From an uncultured Verrucomicrobiota bacterium (GTDB lineage Bacteria; Verrucomicrobiota; Kiritimatiellia; CAIQIC01; Lenti-01), in the NCBI GenBank assembly GCA_937872095.1, contig CALMNW010000070.1:30542-94541 (forward strand): 64,000 bases of DNA, read 5' to 3'. The stretch's first letter is position 1. Every line of letters begins with the position of its first letter. Position numbers and translations under genes: made by a program. Below, piece by piece: positions 21,901-27,756 of the stretch. The notes beneath the pieces were generated by a model that saw only the letters and a list, made by a program, of their open reading frames with translations, was not told the DNA's origin and did not search any database.

Positions 21901-22956
21901 GGTTTCGGGGAAACCTGGCAGAACCAGATCGTGTTGTCCGCCGACAAGGCCGATCCCGAGGCCGGCGATTTCCGGGCATCCAACCAGCAGCTGGCCCTGC
22001 AGGCGGACGCGACGCATCCGGTGGCGCAGCAGATCGATCTGGATTCCATGGCGATCGCCGCGGCGCGCAGCGCCGTCTCGAATTGGTTCCGAAACGGAGC
22101 CGGATTCATCCATTACACCGGCCACGGCAATGCCACCGCGATCGGTTCCCTGAGCACGAAATTGCTGGCGGCGGCGGACGTCGGTCGGATGGCCAACGCG
22201 ACGCGGCCCCCCGCTTTCGTGGCGCTGAGCTGTCTGGTCGGCCGGTTCGAGGCGCCGGGGGTGCAGAGCCTCAGCGAACTCCTGCTGCGGCGCGCCGGCG
22301 GCGGGGCCGTGGCGGTCTGGAGCGCGTCGGGCATGTCCCGCAATGCGCCGGCCACGGAAATGGCCGAGGCGTTCTATCGTGCCGTGGTGCAGGATGGCGC
22401 CGGCACCTGGGGACTCGCGATTCTCCGCGCCCGCCGCTCGCTGGCCAGCACTTGGGCGACCAAGGACACCTTCGCCGTCTACAATCTGTTCGGCGATCCG
22501 GCGCTGCGGATGGCCGGCAACGTGGGCGCGTCCGCCGCCGCCGCGACTTTTGCCCAATGGCGCTGGGAACGTTTTGCGCCGGCCGATTTGGCCGACGCGG
22601 CCACAAGCGGAGCCACGGACGCCAATTTCGCCGAATATGCGCTCGGCGGAAACGATCAGGTCTTGGCCGAACTGCCGGAATTCGGATTCCCGTTGCCGGC
22701 GCTCGACGGCGTGGCGACCCGCGCGGAAAGCGCTGCCGGCGTCGTGCTGCGCTGGAAACGGCGCATCCAGCGCGCAGACATCCAGTATTTGTTGTTTATT
22801 TCGGAAAATCTGGAAGAATGGGAAACGGATCCGGACGATGTCCAAACGGTGGGCGTCGAACCGGATGCCGACGGCATCATGGAAACCGTGCGCACGCGGG
22901 TGAACCGCCCGTGGGCGGAACGGGTGTATATCGGCGTGAAAGCGAAACGGAAATAG
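12994..22956 (+). CDS. Giant (3320 aa) secreted surface protein with a signal peptide, DUF11-like and many SdrD-B-like/Cna-B-type Ca-binding beta-sandwich repeats (GDxVWxDLNADGxQ), and a C-terminal peptidase C25 (gingipain-like) domain
   Basis: The signal peptide reads MKKRITKRSGVFTASFLLAWSSLPAWA. There are more than 15 repeats of the IGDTxWxDxNxNGxQD motif. The C-terminal region has a His (IHYTGHGN) and a Cys (VALSCLVGRFE) in the arrangement of the C25 catalytic dyad. A fully open antisense ORF on the opposite strand was rejected. Confidence 0.9.
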   Translation: MKKRITKRSGVFTASFLLAWSSLPAWAANPDGDLRIEVASAYNFVVDSNVESPSTYAPRAAYLSATFYNDGTNALTNVWAYIGDYTNGTPGTYPSRAQAPYIGPLPGDAFALTHEGGAAGATDATRYLGTILPGESKTVYWLVSYPNVDEDGKTVTGGIKPDDDLWLQYGIWGTALDAGTPLEADVTRTVTMRNEISAMANKIFPNGANKVPQEYQDLLELYQPSWTNTADDGSPGTVIATEGVWYDLGNVGAGFDNDGDLIPDRNAWLQPVGDAALFDSSCFRLVHTYALVIVKLNDGTETIYNVEDQLYFENVPENNRGAVGYVRYEFMAMRGGCSSALTPYQEVASGFDNEKFNGDYGAYLGQGLTSLEAHMSVAKSVDHPFIAPGETLSYTIAFTNPGPVSVGDPDANAGLVIREHIPHGTLYVGLSSTASNTLPGGVGAYTMLYSTNNGATWQGTEPADPATVTDVQWWLSDPLATNVAGSVKMQVTVQTPFTNAPFITNQACATIAGEGELACGETTTYVSGTNRLGDLVWADNGAGGGLLGNQIQDGTEPGLSNVTVWLFYDANTNGLYDAGDLYYGSNVTSASGAYLFTNLPDGKFVARVDAWDPDLPLGYTPTTATNVAADLDSAHATTNTISFLAADFGFAPALSLKKTLTSTNAFREGQYVTYSLAVSNNLPGNGTGGGSLATYYAWATNGVTGAEWLSSTNAYVPPGPDGLYASNNFKAASKTFVLDRFPLGAQPGGISNVSVVMPIVVVPLLLNPDTFDVHVDQLSPAQRIFTGNYMATNLVTGTMTIPMTGTFAWAWADFATNYTVTLTCAKGGGVGGSIWLLLDAVGFKIQSTATTGVGSATTTLKPVPLTDCYDADQFQFVGAVPPQTGSLTNGTAPNATGTLYWADLGPIYPGGTSTVAVTFKLLKPTGNTNSVVTNVAWATNALFLGGKPANNATSLVVSTQLPAATVGDYVWRDLNADGVQNETNMGISGVAVSLTPPATIDLGNGLGAAITNWTDASGYYLFESIPATGVYTVRVVTATLPGGSGTNTFDEDGVRDNAHAVYLDIYSAPASTNNVHLTTDFGYQTGTTIEGTIWHDVDHGMETNREAGEDWLTNVTVYLCASPSPCGPGASLATNVATTNGYFRFVGSYTGTYTVMVATNTGMLSTGTWNLSWDTDGTNTANYSSVTVVSGGVARADFSYWRTGPYAIGDTLFYDWDGNGTQTATNEEGIANVTVYLYEDANGNGVVDVATDALAGITVTATNGYYSFTNLFATNTYLVVVDRNDPDLPPLYNVTADPWGAKDGRSVVTITNANDFAQDFGFQPYGTGAIGDTVWRDLNADGLQSGVQETGIANVLVSLYADLNGDGTYVLLKTTNTGSSGTYLFGSLPDGNYRVVVDAADAALPQDAFGNVYYASTATSHDVTISGGSTYLDADFGFAPYAAIGDTIFWDANRNGTQDYSEEGVSGVVVRLYVDANANGFYDAGETLAASRTTDVNGLYLFAGLAPSNYVVVVDGASGPLAGAFLSADPDSNGLPCEDLDVPQPCDGEHGRSLVNGQNYMGADFGYIPPGAVIGDTLWIDTDDDGVRDDNESGIAYVSVVLWSNGVAIATNETDGDGWYYFSNLGDGTFQVSVVGSDPDFPPGLTQTYDPDGNLDGVGTNIVVSGGAVTSVGGVPCTDCDFSIDFGYRYAGNNSLSGTIGFDATPYDGVLNGTNWNGVAADEVAYANVQVYLYLWNDDGDGIVEAGEYVQVSTTTTSTNGDYAFTGLPNGDGDDQYVVASLAPEDYLKLTTTNGSIAGVGVVETANAQGNTVSAYLTVAIAPEINGMDFAYRSTKVYDYGDLPQSYQTEFPGGARHMVTYLTNLYLGAAVDVELNGVPSSLADGDDLAGGDDEDGVDLIGRWAPGVDGGTVEVTVGKGTGWLLGFIDFNGDGDFNDAGDLAVNQAVATNGGPGLDGVYEIPLAVPAGSLSTTNSTVLYARFRLFPSAPFLPQLAYSGTADNGEVEDYRWILHVIGGTVFADADADSLFSGGDTIIPGTVVHLYDGLGALIESTVTDLSGNYAFVGLPDGNYRVEMETPAGTAAILDRDGNGNGATNIAVTVAGDSVFTRDFLVDNGASLAAISGTVFEDDGYGVVGDGAFNAPDRPVPGTTVSLYRDIDGDGVADLNEWMADVVADVGGAYAFANLPPGDYLVVMTTPAGATSITDVDGNGNGSALIEVPLAGVDVTDRDFLVDGAPPAALSGLIWFDANDNGIRAGSETNRFANIPVYLLDVDSNVVAAVTTGVSGAYAFTNLAPANYFVRFDLAALSTNDYRIASPYQGTNTTLDSDVIQGQVGDNAQTAVLLLSVGQNQENVDLGLTPPPPTWAAVADVWGEWTEGEGRVVWHTSSEFGTAGFFVYRVDPETGAETRLNDVLVPSAFEPSGSIYWLADPDAAEGGDGTYRLEEVELSGQVIDVGMQEIRFAAPPPAAKAARAEIRAAKAVAPVTYAAAKLAGPSSVLKVSFRDEGIYGIGLQAIADGMGLALADVQALAAADGLRISAQGAAVPAIYDAARARLVFCGQATDNWYARDNACLISQASGAAMPRREPGASSGGTVFPVQVRFEQDRYPFDSALIKPDDFYYWDYVISGTNAASLRSFPLDLAGRTGNVVLKIRLMGWSSTTNDPDHLAEIRFNGTTVGSVAFDGQDAVEAEVTIPLAAVSNGANVVAVKGVLPEGRSHSYFVVDWIEASFERDLAPMNGTADFRAGTAAAVSAAAFAAPLAMALDAAGNPTWIADETGTLPAKAWAVAAENERFAVAEADGIPLLAPEPVNAAPWFLAATNRIDYLVVASRALAAAAQELADYRASQGLRVGVATFEDVCDWMAAGLYTPEAIPALLSYAAGTWAEAPWMVVLAGNGHYDYLGALSNEVNHVPPMMLQTLDGLFASDGLLADLDGDELPDVAIGRLPALTAADLAAMIAKIKASELGFGETWQNQIVLSADKADPEAGDFRASNQQLALQADATHPVAQQIDLDSMAIAAARSAVSNWFRNGAGFIHYTGHGNATAIGSLSTKLLAAADVGRMANATRPPAFVALSCLVGRFEAPGVQSLSELLLRRAGGGAVAVWSASGMSRNAPATEMAEAFYRAVVQDGAGTWGLAILRARRSLASTWATKDTFAVYNLFGDPALRMAGNVGASAAAATFAQWRWERFAPADLADAATSGATDANFAEYALGGNDQVLAELPEFGFPLPALDGVATRAESAAGVVLRWKRRIQRADIQYLLFISENLEEWETDPDDVQTVGVEPDADGIMETVRTRVNRPWAERVYIGVKAKRK

Positions 22957-22958
22957 CG

Positions 22959-23255
22959 GTGGTTCGGAACGCTTCAGGGACCTATCGGATAAACGGCAAG
23001 GTGGTTCTGCGCCGGATCGGCGAAGACCGCCTGCTGGTGCCGGTGGCGGGCGCCGTCGCGCGCGAATGCTGCGTGTTTCCGGTCAACGAAACGGGCGAAT
23101 TCATCTGGACGCGGCTGGCGCGGGGCGAACCGCTCGGCGCGATCGCGGCGGCGCTGGAAGCGGAGTTCGCCGTGGCGCCGGAAGCGGCCTTGGCCGATTG
23201 CCGCGAATTCGCGGAGAAACTCGTGGCCCAGCGGTTGCTGGAGGTGGCGGGGTGA
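22959..23255 (+). CDS. PqqD-family protein (RiPP recognition element-type peptide chaperone)
   Basis: The 98-aa product (YRINGKVVLRRIGEDRLLVPVAG...VFPVNETGEFIWTRLARGEPLGAIAAALEAEFAV...ADCREFAEKLVAQRLL) matches the PqqD architecture. The GTG start lies 2 nt after the giant gene's stop. Confidence 0.8.
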   Translation: MVRNASGTYRINGKVVLRRIGEDRLLVPVAGAVARECCVFPVNETGEFIWTRLARGEPLGAIAAALEAEFAVAPEAALADCREFAEKLVAQRLLEVAG

Positions 23256-24343
23256 CTCGCGCCGTCCAAGCCGCGACCGGGGAGTGGACTGCGGGATTTC
23301 GTGCGCGCGCCGCCCGGTCTCGCTTGCCCGTTTCCGCCACGCTGGAACTGACGCGGCGCTGCAATCTGCGCTGCCTCCACTGCTATCTGGGCGACCAGGC
23401 GGACCACCTGCGCGACGAGGACCGCGAGCTCGCGACCGCCGCCGTGCGCGCGGCGATTTCCGACTGGGTCGAAGCGGGCTGTCTGTATCTGACGATCACC
23501 GGCGGCGAGCCGTTGCTGCGGCCCGATTTCGCCGAAATCTATCGCCATGCGCGCAATTTGGGCCTGGTCGTGACGGTGTTTTCCAACGGAACGCTGGTGA
23601 CGGCCGGGATCGCGGAGTTGTTCCGCGAGTGGCCGCCGCGCAAGGTGGAAATCAGCCTCTGCGGCGCGACGGCGGAAACCCACGACGCGATCGCCGGCGT
23701 GCCGGGCGCGCACGCGCGGACTTGGGCGGGGATCCGCCGCCTGCAGGCCGCCGGCGTGCGCCTCGCGCTGAAAACGGTGTTGCTGAAGCGCAATCTCGGC
23801 GAATTGCCAGAAATGGAACGCCAGGCCGCCGAAATCGGCGCGGCCTTCCGCCACGACGCGGCGATTTTTCCCTGCCTGGACGGCGGCTCGCGCGCGCCGC
23901 TGGCGCTGCGCGTTTCGCCGGCAGAGGCCGTGCGGGCGGACATGGCCACCGCGGCCCGCCGCGCCATGTGGCGAGCCAAGATCGAGCAGACCGCGGGCGC
24001 TCCCGCCGACGACCGGCTGTACGCCTGCGCCGCGGGCCGGTCCGCGTTCTGCGCCGACCCGTTCGGCGGACTTGCACCGTGCCTGCTGGCGGAAAATTAC
24101 CGGTGCGAACCCGCCGGCCGCCCGTTCCGGGAAATCTGGAACGGCGAACTGGCCGCCATCCAGGGCCGGAAGCGTTCGCGGAACGACGTCGTTTTCGCCG
24201 GCGAGATGCGCGGCGCCTGCGCGCATTGTCCGGCGTTCAACCGGATCGAAACCGGCCATGAAGAAATGGAATCGGATTACGTGAAAAAGAGCACTTGGTT
24301 GCGCTACGGCGCGGCGATGGAGGATGCAGATGAAGCCCAATGA
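23252..24343 (+). CDS. Radical SAM enzyme with a C-terminal SPASM/twitch Cys-rich domain (peptide-modifying maturase, PqqE-like class)
   Basis: It has the CNLRCLHC CxxxCxxC motif, a GGEPLL motif, and a C-terminal CAAGRSAFCADPFGGLAPC...C...CAHCP cluster. The GTG start overlaps the PqqD stop (GTGA). Confidence 0.85.
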   Translation: MTRAVQAATGEWTAGFRARAARSRLPVSATLELTRRCNLRCLHCYLGDQADHLRDEDRELATAAVRAAISDWVEAGCLYLTITGGEPLLRPDFAEIYRHARNLGLVVTVFSNGTLVTAGIAELFREWPPRKVEISLCGATAETHDAIAGVPGAHARTWAGIRRLQAAGVRLALKTVLLKRNLGELPEMERQAAEIGAAFRHDAAIFPCLDGGSRAPLALRVSPAEAVRADMATAARRAMWRAKIEQTAGAPADDRLYACAAGRSAFCADPFGGLAPCLLAENYRCEPAGRPFREIWNGELAAIQGRKRSRNDVVFAGEMRGACAHCPAFNRIETGHEEMESDYVKKSTWLRYGAAMEDADEAQ

Positions 24344-24515
24344 TGAAAACCGTTCGCCTGCGGGCTTGGATCTGACCGTGCGCCGTCCGTACGAAAAACC
24401 CGACATCGAACGCGTGGATCTGGCGTTGGCCGAGACGCTGTCGCAGGGCTGCAAACTGGAGTCCGACAGCGGTTGCGTCGGCCCGCCGATCACGGCGTAC
24501 GAGGGAGGATCTTGA
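24330..24515 (+). CDS. Candidate RiPP precursor peptide (61 aa; alternative ATG at 24324)
   Basis: A GGAGG Shine-Dalgarno at 24317-24321 sits 8 nt before the ATG, inside the 3' end of the rSAM gene. The product MKPNDENRSPAGLDLTVRRPYEKPDIERVDLALAETLSQGCKLESDSGCVGPPITAYEGGS has a leader segment (KPDIERVDLALAETL) that resembles the PqqA leader motif (KPAFIDLRLGLEVTL) bound by PqqD, and its core contains C-x7-C. Confidence 0.5.
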   Translation: MKPNDENRSPAGLDLTVRRPYEKPDIERVDLALAETLSQGCKLESDSGCVGPPITAYEGGS

Positions 24516-25414
24516 GGAACGTCGGCCATCTAGACGTCGGTCCGCTGCGTTTCGCGCTGCGGACCGCGGAGCTTGGCGCGGTGCGATATTCCGATCCGGC
24601 CTACGGCGGGTTTTTCTCCGCGGCGGGGCCGGGGGAGCCCTTGGCCCAATTGCCGGTGGATCTGGTGCGCGGCGTGCCGCCGCCGCCGGCCGGCGCGCCG
24701 TTGTGGCGGGCGGGGGACCACTGGGCCGTTTGGGAAGACGGCGCCGATTTGCTTTTTCACGTCGGCTTGCGGGCGCCGGAAACCGCGCGGCTGGCCTGCC
24801 GCGTCGCGCGCGATTTGACGCGCGCGGAATTGGCGCGCTCTTCCGCGGAGCGCGAGGATGGCATTTGCGAAGCGCCCTTGCGGTATCCGCTGGACCAGAT
24901 CCTGTCGTGGGGATTGCTGGCGCAGATCGGCGGAACGTTGCTGCACGCGGCCGTGGCGGTGAAGGACGGCGTCGGGCGCGTTTTCACGGGGCGCAGCGGC
25001 GCGGGCAAGTCCACCATCTCGGGTCTGCTGCACGCCGCCGGCTGGCGGATCCTGAACGACGATCGCGTCGTCGTGTTCCGGCGCGGCGGCGAATGGCGCG
25101 TGGCCGGCACGCCGTGGCACGGTTCGGGTCGCTTCGCCGAAGCGGCGGAAGTTCCGCTCGCCGGCATCCATTTTCTGCAGAAAGCGGCGGAGTGCCGCCG
25201 GGAGTCCATGTCGGCGTCGCAAATTCGGTTGGCGTTGCTGGACGTGGCGGCGGTGCCGTGGTTCGAAGAGACCTGGGCGCAGGGAACGCTCGATGGGCTG
25301 GAGCGGCTGACGCGCGAAGTCGAGATCGCGCGGTTTCATTTCCCGAAAACCCCGGCGGCGGTCCGGGAACTGGCCGGGATTCAGGAATTCCGCGGGGCAG
25401 GAGCCTGCGCATGA
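24512..25414 (+). CDS. HprK-related kinase (HPr kinase C-terminal domain-like P-loop protein)
   Basis: GRSGAGKST is followed by LNDDRVVV, matching the HprK P-loop/ADD pattern. The start is uncertain; a TTG at 24512 overlaps the peptide stop (TTGA) and follows GGGAGG. An antisense ORF was rejected. Confidence 0.65.
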   Translation: MRNVGHLDVGPLRFALRTAELGAVRYSDPAYGGFFSAAGPGEPLAQLPVDLVRGVPPPPAGAPLWRAGDHWAVWEDGADLLFHVGLRAPETARLACRVARDLTRAELARSSAEREDGICEAPLRYPLDQILSWGLLAQIGGTLLHAAVAVKDGVGRVFTGRSGAGKSTISGLLHAAGWRILNDDRVVVFRRGGEWRVAGTPWHGSGRFAEAAEVPLAGIHFLQKAAECRRESMSASQIRLALLDVAAVPWFEETWAQGTLDGLERLTREVEIARFHFPKTPAAVRELAGIQEFRGAGACA

Positions 25415-25833
25415 AACGCCTGGCGGAAATGGATCAACATGCGGCGCAACGGGCGCAGGGCAAAACGCAAGAGGCCGGTCCAACGGGCGCGACGGGTGTC
25501 CAAGAGCCGGATCTTCCCGTTTTGACAAGAACTTGCGGCGACGCCGATCACGTCGGATTTGGGGATCCAGTCGCCGCCCTTCACGGCGGCATCGCCGACG
25601 GCAAAAACGCGATTTGTTCGTTTTTCGTTAATTGTGCATCGGTGCAAGACAAGCCGGCCGTTAATTTGATAAAGTATAACGCTTCCACGGTGGATCGTGC
25701 CGACATCCAGCGGTTGGATGAGAACGCCGTCTCCGTCGCGGATGGTCGGATGCATGCTGGGCCCTTGAGCGTGAAAGGTGACGGGCGTGCGCTGCTGGAG
25801 CAGCGCGGCGAGGATGGTTTGGATATCGCGCAT
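25381..25833 (-). CDS. S24/S26-family serine peptidase (signal-peptidase-I/LexA-like), a candidate leader peptidase
   Basis: The 150-aa product has the GPSMHPTI nucleophile motif (GxSMxPT). Its 3' end overlaps the HprK-like gene by 34 nt (convergent). The plus-strand frame over this region has no recognisable domains and was rejected. Confidence 0.65.
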   Translation of the reverse strand: MRDIQTILAALLQQRTPVTFHAQGPSMHPTIRDGDGVLIQPLDVGTIHRGSVILYQINGRLVLHRCTINEKRTNRVFAVGDAAVKGGDWIPKSDVIGVAASSCQNGKIRLLDTRRARWTGLLRFALRPLRRMLIHFRQAFHAQAPAPRNS

Positions 25834-25872
25834 GACGGTGACGGGTTCCGAGTGGAAAAGGTAGTACAAGCC

Positions 25873-27756
25873 ATGAGCAACACAAGCATCGTTTTTCGGG
25901 CGGGGCGGCTGGCGCTGGCGGGCTGCCTGCTGTCCTGGACGGCGCAGGCGGCCAAGCCTACGGGCGAGGCGATCGTGGCCGCGATGACCGGCCGCGCCCA
26001 AGCGCGCGTGTTCACCGCGCCCGTCCACGAAGGGCGCACGGAGCTGATGGATTTGTTCGAGGGGGCTTCCGTCGGCGAGAACGTCCGCGTGATCACCGGT
26101 AAGGATGGCCGCCTGTGCCTGGTGTGTTCGCCGGGCGCGATCCTGTGCGTCGCGCCGAACACCGAATTCGTCATCGATCAATTGCGCCACACGGCGGACG
26201 GCTTGCCGGAGAGCGAAGACGATTTGATCCGCCGCATCCACGTGCGCCTGCTCAAAGGCCGCCTGCGCGTGCAGGCGGGAACGCCCCTGCCGACGCTGGA
26301 TCTGCGGATCGATACGTCGGCCGGCCGGGTCGAAGCCCACGGGGGGGCGTTCGTGGTCGCGCAAGGCGAACAAGATCGCTGGCACGTCGCCTGCGAAGCG
26401 CACGAATTGGCGGTCGTTCCCCGCAACGGCAGCCGCACGGAACTGAAGGCGAACCAAGCCGCCTGGCTGGCGGCCGACGGCGAAGAGCGCGGCGCCTTCC
26501 GCTGGGAAGACATCGGCGAAAACCCGGAACTCTACCAGTTCGAGCTGTGCAACGCCTTTTTCGCGGATCTGGAGCCCTTCATCCATCACGAGCGGCCGTT
26601 CGACCGGGAAGGGCTCGGGCAATATATCGGCGCGACCGCGCCGTTCCTCGATCTGGATGCCGGCGCGCTGGTGACGGATGCCAGCCCCACGATCCGGCCG
26701 GCGGTGGCGGCCGTTCGGCCCGCCGCCTTGCCCCGGCCCGGAGAAGGGGCGCCGGGCGGACGTTGGGATGAAATCCGCATCTGGAAGTGGTTCGACGATC
26801 TCGGCACGGTGAAAGGGGTGAACTATATCCCCCGCACGGCCGTTAATTCGGTCGAGATGTGGATGGAAGACACTTTCGACCCCGATACGATCGACGAAGA
26901 ACTGGGCTGGGCGCGGGACGTCGGCTACACCGGCATCCGCGTCCAACTTCAATTCGCGGTATGGCAGGACGATCCCGACGGATTTCTCGACCGGGTGGAT
27001 CGGCTGCTCGAGATCGCGGCGAAACACGGGTTGCGCGTGGTGCCGGTGCTGTTCGACGACCTGAATCGGGCGGGCCAGGCCCCGCACGTCGGTCCGCAGC
27101 CCGAACCGCTTCCCGGCGAACACAACGCCCGGTGGGTGCCCAGTCCCGGCGCCGCTGCGGTGAAGGATCGCGGCCAGTGGCCCGCGCTGGAAAAATACGT
27201 CAAGGACGTGATGGGGAAATTCAAGCGCGACCGGCGCGTCCTGTACTGGGATCTCTACAACGTGGTCGGCAACGGCGGGCTGGGGGAGGAGTCGCTGCCG
27301 CTGCTGGATCAGACGTTCAACTGGGCGCGTGCCGTCGAACCGTCGCAGCCGCTGGCCGTGCCGGCCTGGCGGGAATTCGGCGGCGCGATGACCGCCCGCG
27401 GACTTGAGCGATCGGACCTGATCACCTTCCAGAGCTTCGACGACGCCGAGAGCGTCGCGGCGCGCCTCCAGTTGCTGCAGCGCTACCAGCGCCCCATCAT
27501 CTGTTCCGATTGGCTGATGCGCCAAACGGGCAACGACTTCGAAAACGTGCTGCCGCTGTTTTCCACCTATCGCGCCGGTTGGTTCAACCAAGGGCTGGTC
27601 AGCGGCAAGACCCACCGGCCCATCCAGGAAGCCGCCTATCGGACGGACAAAGATCCCGACCTCTGGCAGCAAGACGTGTTGCATCCGGATGGAACCCCGT
27701 ACGACCACAAGGAAGTGGAGCTGATCCAGGGCTTCCGCTATCTCGAAGCCCCTTGA
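25873..27756 (+). CDS. Secreted protein with an N-terminal FecR-like domain and a C-terminal glycoside-hydrolase-like TIM-barrel domain
   Basis: A signal peptide (MSNTSIVFRAGRLALAGCLLSWTAQA) begins at the ATG at 25873. A FecR-like segment (VRVITGKDGRLCLVCSPGAILCVAPNTEF) follows. The C-terminal half (GVNYIPRTAVNSVEMW...GIRVQLQF...KHGLRVVPVLFDD) is GH-like. The longer plus-strand ORF from 24703 was truncated to this start. Confidence 0.7.
   Translation: MSNTSIVFRAGRLALAGCLLSWTAQAAKPTGEAIVAAMTGRAQARVFTAPVHEGRTELMDLFEGASVGENVRVITGKDGRLCLVCSPGAILCVAPNTEFVIDQLRHTADGLPESEDDLIRRIHVRLLKGRLRVQAGTPLPTLDLRIDTSAGRVEAHGGAFVVAQGEQDRWHVACEAHELAVVPRNGSRTELKANQAAWLAADGEERGAFRWEDIGENPELYQFELCNAFFADLEPFIHHERPFDREGLGQYIGATAPFLDLDAGALVTDASPTIRPAVAAVRPAALPRPGEGAPGGRWDEIRIWKWFDDLGTVKGVNYIPRTAVNSVEMWMEDTFDPDTIDEELGWARDVGYTGIRVQLQFAVWQDDPDGFLDRVDRLLEIAAKHGLRVVPVLFDDLNRAGQAPHVGPQPEPLPGEHNARWVPSPGAAAVKDRGQWPALEKYVKDVMGKFKRDRRVLYWDLYNVVGNGGLGEESLPLLDQTFNWARAVEPSQPLAVPAWREFGGAMTARGLERSDLITFQSFDDAESVAARLQLLQRYQRPIICSDWLMRQTGNDFENVLPLFSTYRAGWFNQGLVSGKTHRPIQEAAYRTDKDPDLWQQDVLHPDGTPYDHKEVELIQGFRYLEAP

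Noticed and set aside
12895-22845. 3316-aa ORF on the minus strand exactly mirroring the giant gene
   Set aside because: The translation is low-complexity Arg/Gly/Asp/His-rich with no domains, signal or SD. The plus-strand frame has a signal peptide and more than 15 recognisable repeat domains plus a C25 peptidase. This is a typical stop-codon-depleted antisense frame in high-GC DNA.
24530-25528. 332-aa minus-strand ORF antisense to the HprK-like gene
   Set aside because: It has no motifs and is Arg/Pro-rich, whereas the sense frame carries the P-loop and ADD motifs.
24703-25872. N-terminal 390 codons of plus-strand ORF 24703..27756 (including the MKRLAEM start at 25411)
   Set aside because: This part overlaps the HprK-like gene (different frame) and the convincing minus-strand S24/S26 peptidase. 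It contains no domains. The genuine FecR/GH protein has a signal peptide starting at the ATG at 25873.
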